Positions 37,102-45,183 of a DNA stretch of 64,000 nt are shown in pieces. The DNA lies in IMG/VR virus record IMGVR_UViG_3300005264_000009, positions 1 through 64,000 of that record; one strand, given 5' to 3'. The translations under genes and the position numbers were made by a program. The stretch comes from a virus. The first letter of the stretch is position 1; the number at the start of each line of letters is the position of its first letter. The notes beneath the pieces were generated by a model. It was not told where the DNA came from and searched no databases. It saw nothing but the letters and a program-made list of their open reading frames with translations.

Positions 37102-39801
37102 ATGGAAATAATTAAAGTTAATATTACAGAAGAAAAAAGAATAACACTTGGTTTTATATTAAGTAATAGGTTTCATAGAAATGTACATGACTTCTTTGAA
37201 TTAGATTATATTACAAATGTTTATTTAAAACAAATAAGTTCTCTTTGTATTGAATTTTTTAATGAATTTCAAGATGCACCGAAAAAAGCTATAAAAGATA
37301 TTTTTTTTGATTATAGCAAAAATTTAGAAAGTGCAGAAAAAGAAAACATGAAAAATATTTTGCGTGAATTATACACACAAATTTCTGATGGTATTAATGT
37401 TGATTATTATATTCAAGTAGCAAAAGAATATTGTCAAAAACGATTTGTACAAATCCACATAAACAATATGCAGTTGTTAGATGAAAAAGAGGATTATGAA
37501 CAGGCTGAACAGTTAATATTACAATATAACACATTTGCTGATAAAATGAGTGAGGGTGTCATCCTTGATATGGATGATGATGATGTTTATGAAAGATTAT
37601 TTGATAAATTAGTAAATGAAGATTCTAACTTTTTTAAATTTCCAGGTGCGGTTGGTAAATATTTAGGTAATATGAAAAGAGGTGATGTTGTAGGTTACGT
37701 AGCACCTCAAAAACGTGGGAAATGCGTATCTGAAAATTCATTGATAACATTATCAGATGGTACATTAAAAACTATAAAAGAAGTAGTACAAAAAAAGATA
37801 GTAAATGTTTTATGTAAAAATGAAAAAGATAAAATTGTAAAAGGGAAAGTTATTGATTGGATGTATTGTGGGGAAAAAACAGAATACGAGGTTACAACAA
37901 AATCAGGTAGAAAAACAAAAGTAGCAATAGATCATAAATTTTATACACCAATGGGGTATAAGAAATTGCAAGATTTACAAGTGGGGGATAGAGTTGGCTT
38001 GTGCAAACATAAACCTTGTTATTCTCATAAAATAGTAAAAAAATCAGAATTACGCATTTTAGCCTATTTACTTGCTGATGGTCATTTAGGCGAAGGTATG
38101 AGTTTCACAAAACATTCACCTAATGTAATGGCTGATTTTTGTAAAAATTTACATGAAACAGATAAATACACAATATTTGATAATGGTTGTATTTTAAGAT
38201 TACATAGAACACAAACATACAGATTTATACAAAAATTAGGTTTGCAATATAAATTATCGGCTGATAAATTTATTCCTGATTTTGTTTTAAAAAGTAATAA
38301 TAAAAGTATATCCGAATTTTTAAATGTTTTATTTACTTGTGATGGTTCTATTTGGAAAGATCGAAATTGTGTACAAATTGATTATAGTACAAAAAGTTTT
38401 ATGCTTTGTAATCAAGTAGTATCTTGTTTGTCAAGATTCAATATATTTGGAAAAATACGTGAAAGGATAGTTAATAACACAAAATATTATGAAATTGTAT
38501 TGTCAAGCAATAAATCTATTATTGCTTTTATGAAACATATTGGTTTTTCTTTTCATAAAGCAGAAAAAGCAAAGAAATTAACATTTGAATTGGTAGATAA
38601 ACGTGATTACATAGATGTAATACCACATGAGTATGTTCTAAAATATGGGAAGGAATTACGTGAATCTGGAAAAGGATTTAATAATGAGTCATTTAGAATA
38701 GCTTTTAATACTGGAAAACATGTATCAAAAAAAGCATTTAAAAGAACTGTTGGAGATCAACCTGTATTACACACTGATCTATTATGGGATTCAATAAAAA
38801 GTATAAAAAAGTTAGGTAAAGTTAAAATGTACGATTTAGAAGTTGCAGAACACCATAACTTTATTTCCGATTCTTTTATTGTACATAATAGTTTCTGGTT
38901 GATAGAACACTTAGCACAAGCCGTAGCACAAAAGAGAAAAACAGTATTTTGGTCTGTAGAAATGACAGAGGTAGAAATTTTTATGCGTGTATTAAAAGCA
39001 TTTTATCCTATGATAAATATGGATGAAGCAAGAGAGTTTTCAGACAACCATGAATATCCCTTTCCTGAATTGGATTGTAAGTTAAATCAAAATGGTGATT
39101 GTAATAATAGAGAATCAACAGTTATTGTTTTGGATGGGGATGATATGCCTATGTTTGATAAAAAACATGTACCTTGTAAAAAATGTAAGGGTACAGATAA
39201 ATACAAATATACTTTATATACATCTTATATGAAAAGACCTATACTTGAAAAGTTTGAGGGTTATAAAATAAAAGAAAAATTTAAGCGTTTATTTAAAAAG
39301 TATATAAAAATAAGTGTACATCCTAAATATTCATTATCATATCAAAACATGATTTCTGATTTAAGTAAATTAGCAAGAACAAAGAATTTTGTTCCTGATA
39401 AACTTATAATAGATTATATTGATATTTTAAAAATAGATTCATCATTTGATGATTATAGATTAGTAGATGAACAATGGAAATTATTAGCACAATTAGCTGG
39501 TGAAACAAAAACATTAGTTGTAACAGCAACACAAGCAAATAAAGCAGGGTTAGACTCAACAAGATTAAACAGTTCACATCAAGGGGGTTTTTATGGTAAA
39601 AGTAGGCATGTAAATTTAATGGTGGGTATAAACCAAACAGCAGAACAAAAAGAACAAGGAATAATAGAATTAGGAATTACAGATAGACGTGAGGGTTTCT
39701 TTTCTGAAAATGAATCATGTTTAGTTTTACAAGATTTAAAAACAGGACAAGCCCACTTAGAAGGATTAATTGTATATAACACAAAGGGGAAATATATATG
39801 A
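37102..39801 (+). CDS. Replicative DnaB-like helicase with intein
   Basis: APQKRGK|S Walker A split by intein; SVEM, IDYID, TATQAN. Confidence 0.88.
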   Translation: MEIIKVNITEEKRITLGFILSNRFHRNVHDFFELDYITNVYLKQISSLCIEFFNEFQDAPKKAIKDIFFDYSKNLESAEKENMKNILRELYTQISDGINVDYYIQVAKEYCQKRFVQIHINNMQLLDEKEDYEQAEQLILQYNTFADKMSEGVILDMDDDDVYERLFDKLVNEDSNFFKFPGAVGKYLGNMKRGDVVGYVAPQKRGKCVSENSLITLSDGTLKTIKEVVQKKIVNVLCKNEKDKIVKGKVIDWMYCGEKTEYEVTTKSGRKTKVAIDHKFYTPMGYKKLQDLQVGDRVGLCKHKPCYSHKIVKKSELRILAYLLADGHLGEGMSFTKHSPNVMADFCKNLHETDKYTIFDNGCILRLHRTQTYRFIQKLGLQYKLSADKFIPDFVLKSNNKSISEFLNVLFTCDGSIWKDRNCVQIDYSTKSFMLCNQVVSCLSRFNIFGKIRERIVNNTKYYEIVLSSNKSIIAFMKHIGFSFHKAEKAKKLTFELVDKRDYIDVIPHEYVLKYGKELRESGKGFNNESFRIAFNTGKHVSKKAFKRTVGDQPVLHTDLLWDSIKSIKKLGKVKMYDLEVAEHHNFISDSFIVHNSFWLIEHLAQAVAQKRKTVFWSVEMTEVEIFMRVLKAFYPMINMDEAREFSDNHEYPFPELDCKLNQNGDCNNRESTVIVLDGDDMPMFDKKHVPCKKCKGTDKYKYTLYTSYMKRPILEKFEGYKIKEKFKRLFKKYIKISVHPKYSLSYQNMISDLSKLARTKNFVPDKLIIDYIDILKIDSSFDDYRLVDEQWKLLAQLAGETKTLVVTATQANKAGLDSTRLNSSHQGGFYGKSRHVNLMVGINQTAEQKEQGIIELGITDRREGFFSENESCLVLQDLKTGQAHLEGLIVYNTKGKYI
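37723..38889 (+). mobile_element. Intein with LAGLIDADG endonuclease (389 aa)
   Basis: CVSENS start, DH block B, LAYLLADG and LFTCDG, IVHN|S end. Confidence 0.93.
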
Positions 39802-40790
39802 AGAAAAAACCATGTTTAAAATTAACAGGTGATTTGGGAGATTATTTAGGTGATTTTAATAAATCAGAACTTATTTGTTATTCAGGATTACCAAAGGTTG
39901 GTAAGAACTTCGTTTTATTAGAACATTTTAAACAAGCTATTTTACAAAAGAAAAAGGTTGTCTTTTTTTCTAATAAAATGACAGAGGATGATATTTTACG
40001 TAGAATTAATAAGTTATTTGTACCAATGGTAGATGAGGAAGGTTTTTACCATCAACCTGTTTTTGATTGCATAGATAATCAAAATGGAAAGTGTGATAAT
40101 AGAGCATCTACTGTAGTTGTTTTGGATGATGGTGAATTATCACATTGTAAAAGACATGAACCTTGTGTAAAATGTAAAGGTAAATCATATGATTATAAAG
40201 AGTCTGTTTATCATGTTCCTATTTTTCGTGAGAGTGAAAATATAGATACAATTAGAAAATATATACCAGATTTGAAAATATTAAATACATATGGTCGTGT
40301 ATGTGTTTACCCTAAATACACATTAAAATATGATGATATTTTCAAAGAATTACGAGCATTAGCAAATAATAACTTCTTTGCAGATATTATAATTGTAGAT
40401 TATGCTGATATTTTACAACTGGATGATAAATATATTAGTAAACCAGATTTTATTTGGAAAGCACTATCAGATCTTGCTAAATTAACTAATAGTTTAGTGA
40501 TAACTGTAACACAAGCTAATAAAAAAGCCTTTGAAAGTTATAAACAAGTAAGTAGTGAATTTTATCCCGATAATGAATATATTGATTTTATGTGTGGTTT
40601 ATTCGCTAATAATGAGGAAAAACAACAAGGGGTTTTAAATTTTAGTATAACAAAGTCAAAAAATAAAATATATAATAAAACATGTACTGTTTTACAAGAT
40701 TTAAGTGCAGGACAAGTTGTGTTAGATTCTTACACCAATAATTCTCAAAATATTTTTGCTCCTTTTAATAAAAAGAACTTGACAGATTGA
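39798..40790 (+). CDS. Degenerate DnaB-like helicase paralogue (ATPase domain only)
   Basis: GLPKVGKN, VDYAD, TVTQAN, VLQDL..GQ; shares Cys insert with 37102. Confidence 0.8.
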   Translation: MKKKPCLKLTGDLGDYLGDFNKSELICYSGLPKVGKNFVLLEHFKQAILQKKKVVFFSNKMTEDDILRRINKLFVPMVDEEGFYHQPVFDCIDNQNGKCDNRASTVVVLDDGELSHCKRHEPCVKCKGKSYDYKESVYHVPIFRESENIDTIRKYIPDLKILNTYGRVCVYPKYTLKYDDIFKELRALANNNFFADIIIVDYADILQLDDKYISKPDFIWKALSDLAKLTNSLVITVTQANKKAFESYKQVSSEFYPDNEYIDFMCGLFANNEEKQQGVLNFSITKSKNKIYNKTCTVLQDLSAGQVVLDSYTNNSQNIFAPFNKKNLTD

Positions 40791-40894
40791 TTTTATTGTG
40801 TTACAAGGTTATTAAATACTTAATAAAAGGTGATTAAAATTTTATTAAGTGTTTAAAAAAAAGGCTTGACACAAACAAAGAAGTGTGTTAAGTT
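40779..40894 (+). promoter_or_regulatory. Two sigma70-type promoter candidates
   Basis: TTGACA at 40779 and 40866, each with TG-TA -10 at 17 bp. Confidence 0.5.
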
Positions 40895-40945
40895 GTTTTT
40901 ACAATAAAGATTGAACAGATAACGACTCTTCAATTATTATAATAG

Positions 40946-41620
40946 ATGGATCGTAACCATCAAATTACACCACACCTTAAAATTATGAAAAAAATTAAGA
41001 AAATCAAAAGTGATCGTAGTTTACAGGAATTATTAGTAAATAAAGATTGTACGTTTAAGTGCCCTATAAAAGGGTATCAAACTATAATCGAAATTTGCCA
41101 TTACTGTAACGTGTATAACTCTTGTGATGTATTTACTAAGGCAGAAAAGGTTTTGCTAAGTGAACATACATTACAATTACCAGTACCATATACTGTACCA
41201 AAAAAGGGGACTAAAATGAAGAAAAAAGATGTAAAAGATGTAAAGGAAGAAAAAGATGTAAAGGAAGTTAAGGAAGTTAAGGAAGAAAAAGATGTAAAGG
41301 AAGTTAATAAAAATAAAGAAAAACCAAATGATCCTAACAAGGTCAGCCAAAAGAAATTTAAGGAACATTCCAACATCTTAAATAAAATTTTGGTTGAAAA
41401 TAAATTAAAGAAAATCAAAAAAAGTAAATCAAAAAAACAATCAATAATGAACTTCATGGCATCTTTTACTGAATTAAATGATGCTAACCTTTTATATTTA
41501 ATTCCAAGAGGAACTATCAATGTAATGTGTGTGTTCCTAAGTGATAGAATTGAATGGTTGGAAAAAGAAAAAGCAAAAAAAGAAAAGGAGGAAAAAGTAG
41601 AAAAAAATGTATCTAAATAA
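40946..41620 (+). CDS. Hypothetical protein with KDV/KEV repeats
   Basis: Cys-rich start, low-complexity middle; start uncertain. Confidence 0.6.
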   Translation: MDRNHQITPHLKIMKKIKKIKSDRSLQELLVNKDCTFKCPIKGYQTIIEICHYCNVYNSCDVFTKAEKVLLSEHTLQLPVPYTVPKKGTKMKKKDVKDVKEEKDVKEVKEVKEEKDVKEVNKNKEKPNDPNKVSQKKFKEHSNILNKILVENKLKKIKKSKSKKQSIMNFMASFTELNDANLLYLIPRGTINVMCVFLSDRIEWLEKEKAKKEKEEKVEKNVSK

Positions 41621-42575
41621 TATCATTTCTTGTTTTGATGGTATAAGTTGTGCTCAAATTGCTCTTGAATATGCTGGTATTGTATTTGATAATTATTTTG
41701 CATCTGAAACAGATAAATCTGCAATAAAAGTTACGCAAAGTAATTATCCTAATACAATACAGATTGGTGATATTACAAAAATAAATACCAATAAGTTACC
41801 ACAAATAGATTTGATTATTGGTGGTAGCCCTTGTCAAGGTTTTTCACAGTCGGGGAAAAAATTGAATTTTACCGATCCAAGAAGTAAATTATTTTTTGAT
41901 TACGTTAAACTTTTAAAAAAAATAAAACCTAAATATTTTTTATTAGAAAACGTAAAAATGAAAAAAAAATGGAGTGATACAATAACACAATATTTAGGTG
42001 TTCATCCAATAGAAATAGATAGTACATTAGTTTCTGCCCAAAAAAGAAAAAGATTGTATTGGACGAACATACCAAATGTTACACAACCAAAAAACAAACA
42101 TATTTTTCTTAAAGATATTATTGAAAATGATGTTAATACAAAGTATTTTTTAACAGCTAAAGATATAAATATTGAAAAAGCTAAAAAACAAAATATGGTT
42201 GTTGCTTTCACCGAAAGAAGAACACGAGAAGCCAAAAGTATAAGAAAAGATTATCAAAAAAAGTATAATACTGATTTTTCGCCAAGAAGAGGTAAAGAAT
42301 TAATACATAGAATAGATGGTAAAATGAATTGTTTAACAGCCACTTATTCATTGAAAGAACATACTTTACTTGATAAACAAATGAATTATAGGAAATTAAC
42401 ACCAATAGAATTTGAGAGATTGCAAAATGTTCCTGATAATTACACACATTTATTAAGTGATAATTTAAGGTACAAAGTATTAGGTAATGGTTTTACAGTG
42501 TGTGTAATTGCACATATTTTAAAATGTATAAATAATAAGAATAATAAAATTAATGTAATAAAAAACTTATTTTAA
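41607..42575 (+). CDS. C5 cytosine DNA methyltransferase
   Basis: FDGISC, GGSPCQ, LENV, RKRLYW, ERLQ, LGNG. Confidence 0.92.
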   Translation: MYLNNIISCFDGISCAQIALEYAGIVFDNYFASETDKSAIKVTQSNYPNTIQIGDITKINTNKLPQIDLIIGGSPCQGFSQSGKKLNFTDPRSKLFFDYVKLLKKIKPKYFLLENVKMKKKWSDTITQYLGVHPIEIDSTLVSAQKRKRLYWTNIPNVTQPKNKHIFLKDIIENDVNTKYFLTAKDINIEKAKKQNMVVAFTERRTREAKSIRKDYQKKYNTDFSPRRGKELIHRIDGKMNCLTATYSLKEHTLLDKQMNYRKLTPIEFERLQNVPDNYTHLLSDNLRYKVLGNGFTVCVIAHILKCINNKNNKINVIKNLF

Positions 42576-42578
42576 GAG

Positions 42579-43610
42579 GTGAAAATGAATATTAACGATT
42601 TGAAAGATGCTTTAAATATTGTTAAACCAGCATTGAATCCAAATGGAATGAACACTGCATCAGAATATATTTACTTTTCTGGTGAAAAAGTAATGATTAG
42701 TGACCAATCTATGTGTATTCAAACAGATTTGGAAACATCATTTGATGCTTGGATTAAAGGTAAAGATTTAATAAATATTGTTTCTAAAATAAAAAACAAT
42801 AAAATTAAATTCAGTAAAAAAGATAACAATATTAATTTACAAACAAAAACGTCAAATATTAACTTTAAGTTAGAAGAAGTTATTGATGATTATAATACTT
42901 ATATAAATAGTATTGTTGATGAAAGTACAAGTGATGATTATACCAATATACCAGATGACTTCTTGGAAAATATCTTGGTTGCATCAAAATATTGCCTTAG
43001 TGATGACTTTGATAGTTCTTTAGCTTGCGTGGGTGTTAAGGATGGTATTATAAGTGCAATGGATAAAAAACAAGCATTTACCACAACAAGTAAGATAGAA
43101 GTCGATGATATGCTATTAATGTGTACTACTGTTAAAAAAATAGTAGAAATTAAACCCACTAAATATTTTATATCTGAAAATTGGTATCACTTTAAAAATG
43201 ATATATCGGTTATTTCTATAAGAAAAACTGATGGTGAGTTACCATCATTGCAGAAAATAACATCATTTACGGGGCAGAAATTCAATATTTATGCATCTAT
43301 TCTTGATGATATAACCCTTACAGCATCATTTACAGACCATTTTTTGACTTTTATTAAGGTAAAGTTAAGAGATAACAAAATCCAATTAAGTATTAATGCA
43401 GAGTCAGGAACAATTAAAACACAAGCTAAAATAAATTATAGTGATGATGAATTAATTTTTAAAATTAATCCTGAATACTTTGCTAACTTAGTAGAGAATT
43501 GTACAGACTTTGAGATTAACGAGGATAGTACACTTCTAAAGGGTGTTTCTGATACGGCAATAATAGTAGCAGCCTTATTTAATACACAAGAGACGGAAAC
43601 GTATGAATAA
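42579..43610 (+). CDS. DNA sliding clamp (Pol III beta-like)
   Basis: 343 aa, three-domain clamp-like pattern (LKDALNIV.P, INP.YF), replication context. Confidence 0.6.
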   Translation: MKMNINDLKDALNIVKPALNPNGMNTASEYIYFSGEKVMISDQSMCIQTDLETSFDAWIKGKDLINIVSKIKNNKIKFSKKDNNINLQTKTSNINFKLEEVIDDYNTYINSIVDESTSDDYTNIPDDFLENILVASKYCLSDDFDSSLACVGVKDGIISAMDKKQAFTTTSKIEVDDMLLMCTTVKKIVEIKPTKYFISENWYHFKNDISVISIRKTDGELPSLQKITSFTGQKFNIYASILDDITLTASFTDHFLTFIKVKLRDNKIQLSINAESGTIKTQAKINYSDDELIFKINPEYFANLVENCTDFEINEDSTLLKGVSDTAIIVAALFNTQETETYE

Positions 43611-43698
43611 ACGTTTTAGATTGTACAATGGTGATTGCCTTGAAATTATGGATAGATTGATAGGTGAGAATGTTATGGGATATCTAATACATGGATAA
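43603..43698 (+). pseudogene. Orphan N-terminal fragment of a beta-class MTase
   Basis: MNKRFRLYNGDCLEIMDRLIGENVMGYLIHG*. Confidence 0.65.
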
Positions 43699-44500
43699 AA
43701 AAAACATTAAGGAGAAAATACCATACGGTGTGGTTATTAATGATAGCTATAGTTTGTATAATGGTGATTGCTTAGATGTCATGGACTATCTAATATCACA
43801 AAACATTATATGTGATGCTATTATCACAGACCCACCGTATGGTTGAGTTAGTACTACTGCTTGTTCATGGGATTCATTAATTCCATTTGAACCTATGTGG
43901 AATAAAATATATAAACTTATTAAAGATAAAGGAACAATAGTTTTATTTGGAAGTGAACCTTTCAGTAGTCACTTACGTATGAGTAACATTAAAAATTATA
44001 GTTATGATTGGGTTTGGAATAAAAAAAAGGCAGGTAATATTTTCTTAATAAAAAGTCAACCCTTACGTGTACATGAAAATATAATAATTTTTAATGGTAA
44101 CAAAGACACTTATAATAGTCAAAAAACAAAAAGGAGTACAATAAAAAAATCAAAAAATTATGGTAGTGGTGAAACTATGCTTGGGGAACATAAAAGTAAC
44201 AAAATATATACTTATAAAGATAGACATCCTATAAGTATAATAAAAGTAAGTAATGCAAGTCAAAAAAATAACTTACACCCCACACAAAAACCTGTTCGTT
44301 TATTAGAATACTTAGTTAAAACATATTCAAAAGAAAATGAACTTGTTTTAGACTTTACTACAGGGTCAGGAACAACAGGTGTAGCTTGTTTAAATAATAA
44401 TCGAAGATTTATTGGTATTGAAAAAGAAAAAAAATATTGTAAAATAGCCAGTCAAAGATTAAATGAAGCATCTCAATGTTTTATATTTGAAGGGAGTTAA
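43691..44500 (+). CDS. Beta-class N4/N6 DNA methyltransferase with in-frame TGA and 9-nt insert after DPPYG
   Basis: LYNGDCL..ITDPPYG-TGA GTT AGT-TTACSWD..HPTQKP..VLDFTTGSG in one frame; single stop at 43844. Confidence 0.75.
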
Positions 44501-44506
44501 TTGAAA

Positions 44507-44725
44507 ATGAGTGTTATGTCTTGTGCAAGAAATGGTTGTAAAAATATAATGTGTTATAGGTCTTGCAGATATGGTTATATTTGCAATGAATGTTTTGATG
44601 AGCTTGTATTAAGTGGTCCTGAAACAAATTTAGAGCTTTTTATGAAATCAATTAAAACCTATAATTGTGAAAAAGAAAAAGAAGCAGCTTTTGCACGTTT
44701 TGATATTGAATGTTCTGTTTTTTAA
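44507..44725 (+). CDS. Cys-rich hypothetical protein
   Basis: MSVMSCARNGC.NIMC..GYIC.ECF. Confidence 0.65.
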   Translation: MSVMSCARNGCKNIMCYRSCRYGYICNECFDELVLSGPETNLELFMKSIKTYNCEKEKEAAFARFDIECSVF

Positions 44726-44740
44726 ATTAAGGGGGAAAAA

Positions 44741-45094
44741 ATGAATGATTGGGTACATAAGTTAAAAAAAGGTGATAAAGTGATAGTAACAAATCACTAT
44801 CATTTAGATGTGGTTCAAAAAATAGATAGAGTAACAAAAACATTGCTAATTGTAAACAAAGTGAGGTTTTCAAAAGCAACATTAACATATACAGGACAAC
44901 GTGAGGCTTGGAGTTATTCACCACATTTAATAGAATACACAAAAGAAAAGGAAGAAAAATTACAAAATATAAAAAGTAAAAATGAATTATGTAAAGAAAT
45001 TAAAGATATTAAGTGGGAAAAATTCACATTAATTGGATTGCAAAAAATAAAGGAAATGATAGTAGCGACTGGTTATTTTGATAAAAAGGAGTAA
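44741..45094 (+). CDS. Hypothetical beta-barrel-like protein
   Basis: LKKGDKVIV..RVTKT. Confidence 0.7.
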   Translation: MNDWVHKLKKGDKVIVTNHYHLDVVQKIDRVTKTLLIVNKVRFSKATLTYTGQREAWSYSPHLIEYTKEKEEKLQNIKSKNELCKEIKDIKWEKFTLIGLQKIKEMIVATGYFDKKE

Positions 45095-45183
45095 GTTTGG
45101 ATTATATTTAGTTGTTGTTTTGTGGCTTCTTTTTAAGTGACTAAATTTATAAATAAACGTAGAAAAATAATAGGAGAATAATT

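Noticed and set aside
43844-43846. Genome-wide TGA recoding or selenocysteine
   Set aside because: TGA ends several normal genes (620, 21366, 53526, 62595), and the position aligns to an insertion rather than to a Cys/Trp.
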